DNA of 64,000 nucleotides from Candidatus Omnitrophota bacterium (GTDB lineage: Bacteria; Omnitrophota; Gorgyraeia; Duberdicusellales; 4484-171), in contig CP070684.1 in the NCBI GenBank assembly GCA_020352775.1, forward strand, positions 370,631 through 434,630. The letters run 5' to 3'. Positions 24,484-34,322 of the stretch are shown here, one piece after another (positions within the stretch are counted from its first letter, which is position 1; the number at the start of each line of letters is the position of its first letter). Made by a program: the position numbers and the translations under genes. The notes beneath the pieces are model-generated. The model saw nothing but the letters and a program-made list of their open reading frames with translations, made no database searches and had not been told where the DNA came from.

Positions 24484-25752
24484 ATGAACCAAGACATTAA
24501 TAAGGAAAAACAATCCCCTCAAGAAAAGACTGGGGGTATCGCGCCAATTCTATCCTGGGCGATGTATGATTTAGCAAATCAGTTTTTTGCCCTAAATGTA
24601 ATCTCTCTTTATTTTGTGCGCTGGGTAACTTTGGAAAAAAAGGCTCCCGAGATTTTTTATAGTTTAGCTTTTGGGATTTCAATGTTTTTTGTTGCAATCT
24701 TGGCACCGATTCTGGGTACAATTTCAGATATTAGAGGAAGGCGCAAAGCTTTTCTAATATACTTTACTTTGCTTTCCAGTATTTTTACTATGCTTTTAAG
24801 TGTGCCTAAGGGCGTGGTTTGGGGTTTGATTTTCTTTGCAATCGCAAATCTTGGGTGTCAGGAGGCAGTGGTATTTTACAATGCGCTTTTAGTAAGTGTC
24901 AGCCCTAAGAATAAAATCGGTTTAGTCTCAGGATTGGGAAGAATGTTTGGATACTCCGGCGCCATTCTGGCATTATATCTTGTTAAACCCATAATTTTAG
25001 AAAGAGGATATCAGGCTGTGTTTTTACCTACCGGGGCGCTTTTTCTCTTTTTTGCTATTCCCGCTATGATTTTTATAAAAGAAAAGCGAAGTGGCCAAGA
25101 AGCCCCTTCCGTTTCCCTTTTTAAGGGAAAAACAATAATTGAAGTAATTAAAAGACTAAGAGAAACTGTTTTTGAGGATTACAGATCCAGAGGATTGCTA
25201 AACTTTTTAAAGGCGATTTTTTTTCTATTGTGTGCGGTCAACGTGATAATTCTTTTTATGTCTGTTTATGTGAGCAAAGCTTTTGGACTAACAGAAGGTC
25301 AGATAATAAACTTAGTTGCTTTTTCAACTATCTTTGCGATTATAGGTAGTATTTGTTCTGGGTTTATAAGCGATTATTTCGGATATCGCAGATCTATGAT
25401 GGGAGTATTTTTTCTCTGGGCAATTACATTTTTGGTAGGAGCTTTTGCAAGACCTCCTTTTTACTGGGTGGTGGGAGCATTGGCCGGAACAAGCTTAGGG
25501 TCAGTTTGGGTAGTTTCCCGCGCTTTGGCCATAAGGCTTGTGCCGCAAGAAAAAATTGGAGAAGCATTTGGATTGTTTAATCTGGTGGGATATATTTCCG
25601 GCATACTGGGACCTATTTTTTGGGGCCTGATTCTGTTATATCTTTCTCACTTAGAGGAATGGGGGTATCGCATAGCCTGTCTTAGTTTAATCTTATTTAT
25701 TGCAATCGGTTTCATTTTTCTTTTACGCGTTCCTAAAGAAACCAAAGCCTAA
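24484..25752 (+). CDS. MFS transporter (UMF1/Atg22-like subfamily by motif)
   Basis: About 12 hydrophobic segments, with N-terminal WAMYDLANQFF and DIRGRRK loop motifs. Possible promoter TTGTCG-16-TATAAT at 24391-24418. Confidence 0.8.
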   Translation: MNQDINKEKQSPQEKTGGIAPILSWAMYDLANQFFALNVISLYFVRWVTLEKKAPEIFYSLAFGISMFFVAILAPILGTISDIRGRRKAFLIYFTLLSSIFTMLLSVPKGVVWGLIFFAIANLGCQEAVVFYNALLVSVSPKNKIGLVSGLGRMFGYSGAILALYLVKPIILERGYQAVFLPTGALFLFFAIPAMIFIKEKRSGQEAPSVSLFKGKTIIEVIKRLRETVFEDYRSRGLLNFLKAIFFLLCAVNVIILFMSVYVSKAFGLTEGQIINLVAFSTIFAIIGSICSGFISDYFGYRRSMMGVFFLWAITFLVGAFARPPFYWVVGALAGTSLGSVWVVSRALAIRLVPQEKIGEAFGLFNLVGYISGILGPIFWGLILLYLSHLEEWGYRIACLSLILFIAIGFIFLLRVPKETKA

Positions 25753-25840
25753 AAATCCCGCCAGATAAAACTCAGGTTTCGGGAAAGACCAAACAATTTG
25801 AAATAGAATCGAATTTATTATATATTTTAAATGAAAGGGT

Positions 25841-26998
25841 ATGATGGAGCGATTTTTCAAAGAAAAGATGTCACGGAGGGAATTTTTTTTAAGAGGTATC
25901 CAGCTATTAGCAGGCCTTGGCATTATTGGGTATTTTTTTAGTGTTTTTTTAAAAAAATCAGGAGGCAAAATGGGCATTAAAGCCCCCCTAAGAGAGGCGA
26001 TGTTTTATGAGAAATTAAAAGGAAAGGATGTGCAATGCCAGATTTGTTTTCGTAAATGCATTATCAAGGACGGTCAAAGAGGTTTTTGTCGCAATAGGGA
26101 GAACAGGGGAGGAAAGCTCTATAATATCGTTTACGCTAAAGTATCGGCTTTACAAATTGATCCCATAGAGAAAGAACCAACCTTCCATATGCTTCCCGGA
26201 TCAGATATTCTTTGTTTTGGAACCGCGGGTTGTAATTTCCGTTGTAAATTCTGTCATAACTGGCATCTTTCCCAGCGGTCCCTAGAACAAATGTCCTCTA
26301 TCTATGAGATTAAGCCTGAGGCAGCAGTTGATTATGCTTTAAAGAAAAATATTCTTGCGCTTTCTTTTACTTTTAATGATCCCATTGCTTTCTATGAGTT
26401 TGTGTATGACACTGCTAAAATTGCTAAACAAAAAGGCTTAAAAATCCTCTGGCATTCTAATTGCTCCATGGAACCTGAATCTTTAAGGGCGCTTCTTAAG
26501 TATACTGATGCGGTGGCATTAGATCTTAAAGGCTTTACCCAAAAGTTTTATCAAGATATTTCAGAGGCCAAATTAGAACCAGTATTAAGAGCGGCAAAGA
26601 TTATAAAAGAAGAGGGGGTTTGGCTTGAGATTGTGAACTTAGTGGTTCCTACCTTAAATGATAACCCCGCAGATATGAGGAGGATGTGTAGTTGGATCAA
26701 AGATAATTTAGGTGAGAATACCCCAATACATTTTTCTCGTTTTTTTCCTAACTACAGGCTTACTTCACTTCCTCCCACACCCATTCCTACTTTGGAGAGA
26801 GCATATCAGATTGCTAAGGAGAGCGGTCTGCGCTTCGTAAGTATTGGGAATGCCCCTGGCCACAAATACAACTCTACTTTCTGCCCGCGCTGCGGAGAAA
26901 GGATTATCCACCGCGTACACTTTCAGGTTTTAGGCAATAATATTGTCGATGGTAAGTGTAAATTCTGCAAAGAACCCATTCCTGGAATCTGGACCTAA
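25841..26998 (+). CDS. AmmeMemoRadiSam-type radical SAM enzyme (PflA-like); start ambiguous (25841 or 25970)
   Basis: The N-terminal Cys cluster is CQICFRKCIIKDGQRGFCRNR, the radical SAM motif is GCNFRCKFCHNW, and the C-terminal CPRCGE...CKFC is zinc-ribbon-like. The long form adds MSRREFFLRG plus a hydrophobic helix. An internal AGGAGG precedes ATG 25970. Confidence 0.8.
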   Translation: MMERFFKEKMSRREFFLRGIQLLAGLGIIGYFFSVFLKKSGGKMGIKAPLREAMFYEKLKGKDVQCQICFRKCIIKDGQRGFCRNRENRGGKLYNIVYAKVSALQIDPIEKEPTFHMLPGSDILCFGTAGCNFRCKFCHNWHLSQRSLEQMSSIYEIKPEAAVDYALKKNILALSFTFNDPIAFYEFVYDTAKIAKQKGLKILWHSNCSMEPESLRALLKYTDAVALDLKGFTQKFYQDISEAKLEPVLRAAKIIKEEGVWLEIVNLVVPTLNDNPADMRRMCSWIKDNLGENTPIHFSRFFPNYRLTSLPPTPIPTLERAYQIAKESGLRFVSIGNAPGHKYNSTFCPRCGERIIHRVHFQVLGNNIVDGKCKFCKEPIPGIWT

Positions 26999-27009
26999 GT
27001 AAAAGAGAA

Positions 27010-29265
27010 TTATTGGGCGAGCCTTTTTATAAGAATCGAGCTGAATATTTTAAGGGTTGCTAAGAGAAGACAGGTTTTTATAATTCCAATAACAGGCACA
27101 AAAACAACTGCAATAAGAAGAGCAGCGCCCCAGGCACCAGCTAAATCTAAAGCATAAAGCCGGCCGGCAGCCTGGCTATAGCTAAAATCTTTACCTAAGT
27201 AGATTTTGTTTGCCAGAGGAAATTCTGAACCGACCAAAAATCCCGAGACTCCTGAGATTAAGAAAAACATAAAGGAAAGGTTATAGTCGAACTTATTTAG
27301 ATAGATAAGAAAGGGACCAGCCAAAAGACAAAACAAAATAATAGCTAATTCTATTTTAAAGAATGAGTGTGTTTCTTTTTCGATTTTGGCTAATCTTTTA
27401 GTCATTCTCCAACCCCCCAAAGCCAAACCGGCCATAAAAGCAGTTACTAGAAGAGCTAAGTGGTGAAAGATAAATCCATAGAAGGATTGGTAGGCAAGAA
27501 TGAGAATAAGGTCAAAACTCATGCCCACAAATCCTGTGCTTGCAATAGCAAACCCAATAGATACCCTTCTTAATCTCTGAGGGTAAACCTTTTGTAGGAA
27601 TAAAAAGCCTGCCCCCATAAAACACAAGATCATAAATAACCATTTAAAGCTAAGCTTATCTAGAAGCCCCATGATTCTATTTAAAGATGGGGAGAATAGC
27701 GCATTCCAGTAGGCGATACTGTAGAAAACACCAGAAGGTTTTAGGTCGTGATTTTTTCTTATTTCAGAAAGATCCCCCATGGAATCTTTAAACCAGCTCT
27801 GCCAACGTGCAAGGAGCTTATATTTTATGTGTTCGGCCAAAAGGAGGTGGGTTTTGATTTTCCTTTCTTTAAGGCGCTGGATGAGAGTTTGAGGCTTAAG
27901 CGTAAAATCATTTTTTGAAGCCAGATAGATATTGACATCTCCCGGGATAATCTTTACGTAGCCAAATACGCTCTTTAAGGTATTTAGGATGGAGCCGTTT
28001 AAATTACGCATCTCATCATTTATATAACTTAATGATCCCGGAAGAACAAAGCTAAAGATACCTTCTTCTTTAAGGATTAAGTTTATATCTTTAAAAAATT
28101 CTTGGGTATAAAACCTATTTAATTGCAAAGTAGAAGGCATCGGAAGGTTAAGGATGATAGCATCATAGGAATTCTTGGTTAAGCGCACAAAACGTCTTCC
28201 ATCAATATGTTTTATGTTTAAGCGGGGATCTTTTAATTCTTTTTCAGTAAGCTCGGTAGGAAATTTCTTAATCAATTTAATAAGCGCAGGGTCAAGTTCA
28301 GTATAATCAATCCTTCTTAGGGGGTGTTTAAAGTTTTCACTAAGAAGTCCCCCTGCGCCGCCACTTAAAACAAGAACTTCGCGGGGGTCTTTATGGGTAA
28401 GGAGGGTAAAGTGAGTAAGTTCTTCAACAAAAGTTATATCAGGTACTGGGCTTGCAATAATAGGTATCCCATCGCTATAAAAAGTGTATTGATTTTGGGA
28501 TTGGATTACCACTAAATTGCCGTAGATAGAGTTATGGTAATCTAGCACCTTTTGATTGTGCCATTGGGTGCGGATTGATGATTGTTTCAGTTGGGCATAA
28601 AAATTAAAGAGTGACCATGTCAAAAAGACCAAAAGCAATATAAAAGCAAAACGTAAAAAGTTTCTAATTACCCCTTTTAATTCGCTTCCTAAAAGAAGCA
28701 ATCCCGAGAGAAGATTAAGAATTCCTACTGCAATAGCAATCTGAAAGGCATCAAGGGTAGTAAGAAATACATAGGTAAAAATAGGTCCAGCAATAATAAA
28801 GCCCATTGCTTCTAAGATATATACCTTACCAGGAGCCTCTAAGGGTTGCTTGGAAACTTTAGAGAAGATCCTGCAACCAAAAGGAAATTGCGCTCCGTCA
28901 AAGATGCTCAATGGTGCGATAATAAACAAAGAACTTAAAAATACTGCAAAGAATCCCACCCCTTCTCCGGCACTAAGACCCAAGATACTGGTTGTGGTAC
29001 GGGCCAGATATATTGCGACAGGAAAGTATAGCGCAATACCCAATTGTAGTAGAGCATACACTAGAATGGGGCGCTTTGCTTTAAGGGAGAAGCGGCTTGA
29101 TGAATTGCTGCCGATTGCCTCTAAAATAATCCAGTTAGCAAGGATAATTCCAATGATTAGCTCTGTGCCATAAAAAGTGATAAGGAATTCACGGATAAGA
29201 AGAGTTTGCACTACCAAAGATGTAAAGCCCATCAAAAGCATTGCAAAAGTTACCCTTTTATTCAT
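27010..29265 (-). CDS. Polytopic membrane protein fused to a spermidine-synthase-like methyltransferase-fold domain
   Basis: 751 aa. About 7 N-terminal and about 5 C-terminal TM segments flank a soluble core. The core carries VLVLSGGAGGLLSE, YTELDPALI and YDAIILNLP (SpeE-like). Confidence 0.75.
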   Translation of the reverse strand: MNKRVTFAMLLMGFTSLVVQTLLIREFLITFYGTELIIGIILANWIILEAIGSNSSSRFSLKAKRPILVYALLQLGIALYFPVAIYLARTTTSILGLSAGEGVGFFAVFLSSLFIIAPLSIFDGAQFPFGCRIFSKVSKQPLEAPGKVYILEAMGFIIAGPIFTYVFLTTLDAFQIAIAVGILNLLSGLLLLGSELKGVIRNFLRFAFILLLVFLTWSLFNFYAQLKQSSIRTQWHNQKVLDYHNSIYGNLVVIQSQNQYTFYSDGIPIIASPVPDITFVEELTHFTLLTHKDPREVLVLSGGAGGLLSENFKHPLRRIDYTELDPALIKLIKKFPTELTEKELKDPRLNIKHIDGRRFVRLTKNSYDAIILNLPMPSTLQLNRFYTQEFFKDINLILKEEGIFSFVLPGSLSYINDEMRNLNGSILNTLKSVFGYVKIIPGDVNIYLASKNDFTLKPQTLIQRLKERKIKTHLLLAEHIKYKLLARWQSWFKDSMGDLSEIRKNHDLKPSGVFYSIAYWNALFSPSLNRIMGLLDKLSFKWLFMILCFMGAGFLFLQKVYPQRLRRVSIGFAIASTGFVGMSFDLILILAYQSFYGFIFHHLALLVTAFMAGLALGGWRMTKRLAKIEKETHSFFKIELAIILFCLLAGPFLIYLNKFDYNLSFMFFLISGVSGFLVGSEFPLANKIYLGKDFSYSQAAGRLYALDLAGAWGAALLIAVVFVPVIGIIKTCLLLATLKIFSSILIKRLAQ

Positions 29266-29411
29266 ATCTTACAATTATAGCACAAAAGTTTGGGGAAAAA
29301 GCTCTAGGATTTAAACCCATCGTATTTGCTCGACTACAAAGGGGCTTTTTGCTATAATTATTTGCCTTAAGGTATCGCAAAGGTTAAAATATAGACTATA
29401 TTGAGGTAGTT

Positions 29412-30416
29412 ATGAAGAGCCCAAAGACTTTAATCCTCGAGGCAGAGCTAACTAAAAAACTGGTAGGAATAAAAGAGGCACTAAACGCTATTGAAGATGC
29501 TTTCAGGCGCATGGGTCAGGCAAAAACAAAGATGCCTGCAAAGTTATATTTAAACCTTCCTCAGTTTAAGGGTGACTTTAGAGCAATGCCAGCCTGGGTA
29601 GAAGGATTTAAGGGCTGCGCCATAAAATGGGTAAATGTTCATCCTCTTAATAAAAATAAAGGGTTACCCACTGTTATGGGTATTATTATTTTAAGCGACC
29701 CTGCCACAGGTTTTCCTCTTTGCGTCATGGATGCTACTCATCTTACGGCTTTAAGAACAGGGGCAGCAGGAGGAGTAGCAGCTAAGTTTCTGGCAAGAAA
29801 AGAATCGAGAAAGGTGGGGTTGGTAGGTTGCGGAGTGCAGGCTCGTACTCAGCTGGCAGCAATCTTTGAAATTTTTAATATTGATGAGGTAAAGGTGTGG
29901 GGGCCAAAACCCAAAGAAATAATGTGTTTTATTAATTTTGCTAAAAAATTACCCCGTGCAAAAAAAGTAAAAATAGAAAAAGCCAACACGATTAAAGATT
30001 GTGTGAAGGATAGTGATATTATTGTTACTACCACTCCCTCCCGAAAACCTCTTGTTCGCAGAGGGTGGATTAAGGAAGGTGTGCATATAAATGCCATCGG
30101 AGCAGATGCTTGTGGCAAGCAAGAACTTGATTATAAAATATTAAAAAGAGCAAAGGTTGTGGTAGATGATTTAAGGCAAGCTTCCCACAGTGGAGAGATA
30201 AACGTTTCTTTAAGGAAAGGGAAATTCCACAAAAAAGATATTTATGCCGATATCGGAGAGGTGGTCGCAAAACGAAAGAAGGGCAGAGTCAAAAGAAGTG
30301 AAATCACGGTGTTTGATTCTACAGGATTAGCAATTCAGGATGTGGCTATTGCCAATATCGTGTATCGCAAAGCGATGCAATTAAAAAAGGGAAAATTTGT
30401 AAAATTTGTAAGCTAA
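29412..30416 (+). CDS. Ornithine cyclodeaminase / mu-crystallin family (could be archaeal-type alanine dehydrogenase)
   Basis: THLTALRTGAAGGVAAKFLA, Rossmann motif VGLVGCGVQA, and HINAIGAD are present. 334 aa. Confidence 0.8.
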   Translation: MKSPKTLILEAELTKKLVGIKEALNAIEDAFRRMGQAKTKMPAKLYLNLPQFKGDFRAMPAWVEGFKGCAIKWVNVHPLNKNKGLPTVMGIIILSDPATGFPLCVMDATHLTALRTGAAGGVAAKFLARKESRKVGLVGCGVQARTQLAAIFEIFNIDEVKVWGPKPKEIMCFINFAKKLPRAKKVKIEKANTIKDCVKDSDIIVTTTPSRKPLVRRGWIKEGVHINAIGADACGKQELDYKILKRAKVVVDDLRQASHSGEINVSLRKGKFHKKDIYADIGEVVAKRKKGRVKRSEITVFDSTGLAIQDVAIANIVYRKAMQLKKGKFVKFVS

Positions 30417-30426
30417 AAAGGAGGCT

Positions 30427-31422
30427 ATGATGAGCGAAGGACTTAATGCTATAAACGAGAAAGTAAAAAAGGAGAGTGCTTTTGTTGAGGGTCTTCTTTC
30501 AGAGATAAGAAAAGTAATTGTAGGCCAGGAGTATATAATCGAAAGATTACTAATCGGTCTTTTAGCTAACGGCCATATTCTTGTAGAAGGAGTGCCAGGA
30601 TTGGCAAAGACATTATCAGTGAGAACGCTGGCACAGGCAATTCATACAAAATTTCAGAGATTGCAATTTACTCCCGACCTTTTGCCCGCAGATCTTATCG
30701 GGACACTGGTATATAACCCCAAAGATGGCGCATTTAGCACAAAGAAAGGTCCGATTTTTGCAAATATCATTCTGGCAGATGAAATTAATAGAGCTCCGGC
30801 AAAAGTTCAAAGCGCACTCTTAGAAGCTATGCAGGAGCGGCAGGTAACTATTGGGACCCATACCTTTTCTTTAGATGATCCTTTTTTGGTAATGGCTACT
30901 CAAAACCCAATTGAACAGGAAGGCACTTACCCTCTTCCTGAGGCTCAGGTGGATAGATTTATGTTAAAGGTTAAGATTGTTTATCCTAATAAAGAAGAAG
31001 AGCATAAGATTTTAAAGCGCATGGCTTTTACTGATAAGAAAATTGAAGTCAATCCCGTCATAGATCCCAAAGATATTATAAAGGCGCGCGGGGTAGTTAA
31101 TGAGGTATATATGGATGAAAAATTAGAAAAGTATATTCTGGATATTGTATTCGCCACCCGCCACCCAGCTAATTATAAATTAGAAGATTTAGCCCCTCTT
31201 ATTCAATATGGGGCTTCTCCTCGCGCAACTCTTTATTTGACTTTGGCAGCCAAGGCGCATGCGTTTATTAAGCAAAGGGGCTATGTGACTCCACAGGATG
31301 TTAAGTCTATAGGCCATGATGTGCTGCGTCATAGGATAATTGTAAGCTATGAAGCTGAAGCAGAAGAAAAGAATTCCGAAGACATTATTAAAAGGATATT
31401 AGAGGAAATAGAAGTTCCCTAG
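30427..31422 (+). CDS. MoxR-family AAA+ ATPase
   Basis: Walker A is GVPGLAKT and Walker B is ILADEINRA, followed by ATQNPIEQEGTYPLPEAQVDRF. An AAAGGAGG SD lies upstream. Confidence 0.9.
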   Translation: MMSEGLNAINEKVKKESAFVEGLLSEIRKVIVGQEYIIERLLIGLLANGHILVEGVPGLAKTLSVRTLAQAIHTKFQRLQFTPDLLPADLIGTLVYNPKDGAFSTKKGPIFANIILADEINRAPAKVQSALLEAMQERQVTIGTHTFSLDDPFLVMATQNPIEQEGTYPLPEAQVDRFMLKVKIVYPNKEEEHKILKRMAFTDKKIEVNPVIDPKDIIKARGVVNEVYMDEKLEKYILDIVFATRHPANYKLEDLAPLIQYGASPRATLYLTLAAKAHAFIKQRGYVTPQDVKSIGHDVLRHRIIVSYEAEAEEKNSEDIIKRILEEIEVP

Positions 31423-31434
31423 ATTTTGATTCCC

Positions 31435-31448
31435 GCCTGCCGGCAGGC
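31435..31448. repeat. Perfect 14-bp GC-rich palindrome GCCTGCCGGCAGGC between the MoxR and DUF58 genes
   Basis: Self-complementary on inspection. It is embedded in an otherwise AT-rich 64-nt spacer, with no T-run after it. Confidence 0.6.
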
Positions 31449-31486
31449 AGGCTTGCCTAACAGAATAAATCTTTTAAGACCCGCAT

Positions 31487-32371
31487 ATGATTCCTAAAGA
31501 TGTCCTTAAAAAGATATTGCGAATAGAAATCACTACCTCACGCATGGTGAGTGAAGTGTTTGGGGGGGAGTACCTCAGTGTATTTAAGGGCAGAGGAATG
31601 GAGTTTGAAGAGGTACGCGAGTATCAGCCTGGCGATGAAATCCGCTCCATAGATTGGAATGTGACCGCGCGCATGGGACATCCGTTTGTGAAGAAGTTTG
31701 TGGAAGAGCGTGAGCTTACTGTAATGCTTCTTTTAGATATGTCACAATCTTTTGGTTTTGCGACCGCAAATAAACTTAAAAACCAGATTGCAGCAGAATT
31801 ATGTTCGCTTTTGGCACTTTCTGCGATTAGAAACAAAGATAAAGTGGGCTTAATTATATTTACCGATAGGATAGAAAAGTTCATTCCTGCCCGTAAAGGG
31901 CTTCGTCATGTATTAAGGATTATCCGTGAAGCGCTTTATTTTAAGCCCCAAGGAAAAAGTACTGATATTGCGGGGGTAGTAGAATATTTAAATAAAGTAA
32001 CAGTTCGAAGTACGGTCAGTTTTATTATTTCAGATTTTTATGCCAAAGAGTTTAAGAAACATTTATCAATCGCAAATAAGCGCCACGATATTGTCGCCAT
32101 CACCATTACCGATCCCAAAGAGATCGATCTTGCAGATATCGGTTTATTGACATTACGAGATCCCGAGACAGAAGAATTATTTATCATAGACACCTCCGAT
32201 AAGAATCTCAGGCATAAATACCACCTTGATTCTGTTAACCGGTTCAGGAAAAGAAAAGAATTATTCAATTCAATAGGGATTGATCATATCGATATCCGTA
32301 CCGATATTCCTTATGCTAAGACGTTAATAAGCTTCTTTCGCATGAGAGAAAGAAGAAAGAAATTAAGATGA
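31487..32371 (+). CDS. DUF58 protein (MoxR partner, VWA-like fold)
   Basis: YQPGDEIRSIDWNVTARMGHPFVKKFVEEREL and LLLDMSQS are DUF58 hallmarks. Confidence 0.85.
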   Translation: MIPKDVLKKILRIEITTSRMVSEVFGGEYLSVFKGRGMEFEEVREYQPGDEIRSIDWNVTARMGHPFVKKFVEERELTVMLLLDMSQSFGFATANKLKNQIAAELCSLLALSAIRNKDKVGLIIFTDRIEKFIPARKGLRHVLRIIREALYFKPQGKSTDIAGVVEYLNKVTVRSTVSFIISDFYAKEFKKHLSIANKRHDIVAITITDPKEIDLADIGLLTLRDPETEELFIIDTSDKNLRHKYHLDSVNRFRKRKELFNSIGIDHIDIRTDIPYAKTLISFFRMRERRKKLR

Positions 32372-33306
32372 GAAGATTTGTTTCTCTTAAAGCTTTGATT
32401 TTTTTATTTACATTAGCTGTTTTACCATTAGCTTTTAGCCAACCACAAAAAACACTTTCTTCAGTAGAGGTTAGTGCCTCAGTTGGTAAAGATAAGATTA
32501 CTATTGGCGAAAAATTTATCTATACTCTTGAGGTTAATGCTCCCCAGAATATTGAAATTGAATTTCCTGATTTTGATGAAAGTTTGGCGGGTTTCTCAAT
32601 TAAAGACGAGCGCCTTTTAAAAAGAAGCTTTCTTGGCCGAAAGCGAGAGCTTAAGCGGTTTATTCTTTATACCTATGTCACCGGACCCTATATTATTCCT
32701 GCGGCAGTAATAAAATATAAAGAAAAGAATGTAGATCAATGGCAGGGATTAGAGACTAATGAGGTAGTGGTTCAGGTCGAGAGCGTATTGGAAGGTGAGG
32801 AGCTGGCTGCAGGAATTAAGGATATCAAAGGACCAGTTGATTTTCCCAGCAGATTGTGGATTTTTGTCGTTATTTTAATATTGGTTGCAGTGGTTTTGAG
32901 TGTAATTGTTCTAGGGCAGTTTATAAATAGAAAAAGAAAAGCTAAGGCTATATCTTTTGTGCCGGCTCATGAGGCAGCATATGCAGCATTGAAAGCCCTT
33001 AAGGGAAAAGATTATTTGCGCCGGGGTAAAATGAAAGAGTATTATAGTGAGCTTTCTAATATCATCCGGCGCTATATCGAGGAAAGATTTAAGATAAGAG
33101 CACCGGAGATGACTACGGAAGAATTTTTCCTGAGCATAAAAGATGCGACTTTTTTTTCTAAAGAACAAGTTAAACTCCTAAAAGAGTTTCTGTCGCATTG
33201 CGATATGGTGAAATTCGCCAAACATATACCAGCTCAAAAAGAAATCGATGAGAGTTTTGCCGCCGCAGAGCGATTTATTGATCAAACTAAAGAAGAGCGA
33301 GGATAG
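32368..33306 (+). CDS. Bat-operon membrane protein (BatD-like N-terminus, TM helix, DUF4381-like C-terminus)
   Basis: Signal peptide, then a beta-rich part resembling the BatD N-terminus, then TM helix IFVVILILVAVVLSVIVLG. The helical tail is YYSELSNIIRRYIEERF...CDMVKFAK. The ATGA overlaps the DUF58 stop. Confidence 0.5.
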   Translation: MRRFVSLKALIFLFTLAVLPLAFSQPQKTLSSVEVSASVGKDKITIGEKFIYTLEVNAPQNIEIEFPDFDESLAGFSIKDERLLKRSFLGRKRELKRFILYTYVTGPYIIPAAVIKYKEKNVDQWQGLETNEVVVQVESVLEGEELAAGIKDIKGPVDFPSRLWIFVVILILVAVVLSVIVLGQFINRKRKAKAISFVPAHEAAYAALKALKGKDYLRRGKMKEYYSELSNIIRRYIEERFKIRAPEMTTEEFFLSIKDATFFSKEQVKLLKEFLSHCDMVKFAKHIPAQKEIDESFAAAERFIDQTKEERG

Positions 33307-34305
33307 ATGAGTTTTTATAACCCTTACTTTTTGCTGTTGCTTCTTTTCGTGGCGGGGTGTTTTATTTATGTTAAACTCAAAAAATCCCGTTATCCCGGAG
33401 TGAAATTTTCCTCCGGGATGTTTGTACGCAACTTAAAACCCACCTTAAAAGTAGCTTTGAGCCAGAATCTGATTTTTTTACGTATGGCCTCACTTGTTTT
33501 TATTGTCTTTGCTCTTGCCCGGCCACAATCACCGGTAAGAGAGGAAAGAATCGAAACCGAAGGTATAGATATTATACTTGCGCTTGATGTCTCTGGAAGT
33601 ATGTTGGCAGAAGACTTTACGCTCCAGGACAAACGCGCTAACCGCCTTAGCGTGGTAAAGGAAGTGGTTAAGGATTTTATTCAGGTAAGAGAGAGCGATC
33701 GCATCGGGATGGTGGTATTTGCAGCCAGAGCATATACTGCAGCCCCCTTAACGCTTGATTATAGCTGGCTATTGCAAAATTTAGAGCGGGTTAAAATCGG
33801 TATGATTGAAGATGGGACCGCAATTGGCTCTGGTTTAGCTTCGGCACTGAACCGACTTAAGGATACAAAAGCTAAAAGTAAAATAATTATTCTGCTTACT
33901 GATGGCAGAAACAATGCTGGCAAAATCTCTCCGTTAACTGCAGCAGAGGCAGCTAATTCATTGGGGGTTAAGGTTTATACCATTGGAGCGGGAACTAAAG
34001 GATTGGCTCCTTTTCCGGTGGCGGATTTTTTCGGCAGGACAGTATATCAAAAAGTAAAAATAGATATTGATGAGGATACATTAAAAGAAATCGCAGAAAA
34101 AACTAAAGGTAAATACTTTAGAGCCACCGACACTGATTCATTGAAAGAAATTTATCAAGAAATAGATAAGATGGAAAAAACCTCAATTGAAGAACGGGGT
34201 TATGCAGAGTATAAGGAGCTTTTTTCTTTGTTTTTAATTCCGGGGCTCCTACTGTTATTAGGAGAAATTATTTTAACCAATACTGTTATAAGAAGATTCC
34301 CATAA
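33307..34305 (+). CDS. VWA-domain membrane protein (BatA-like)
   Basis: N-terminal TM segments, MIDAS motif LALDVSGSM, LLTDGRNN, and a C-terminal TM helix. Confidence 0.85.
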   Translation: MSFYNPYFLLLLLFVAGCFIYVKLKKSRYPGVKFSSGMFVRNLKPTLKVALSQNLIFLRMASLVFIVFALARPQSPVREERIETEGIDIILALDVSGSMLAEDFTLQDKRANRLSVVKEVVKDFIQVRESDRIGMVVFAARAYTAAPLTLDYSWLLQNLERVKIGMIEDGTAIGSGLASALNRLKDTKAKSKIIILLTDGRNNAGKISPLTAAEAANSLGVKVYTIGAGTKGLAPFPVADFFGRTVYQKVKIDIDEDTLKEIAEKTKGKYFRATDTDSLKEIYQEIDKMEKTSIEERGYAEYKELFSLFLIPGLLLLLGEIILTNTVIRRFP

Positions 34306-34322
34306 AAGGATAAAGCGAGAAG

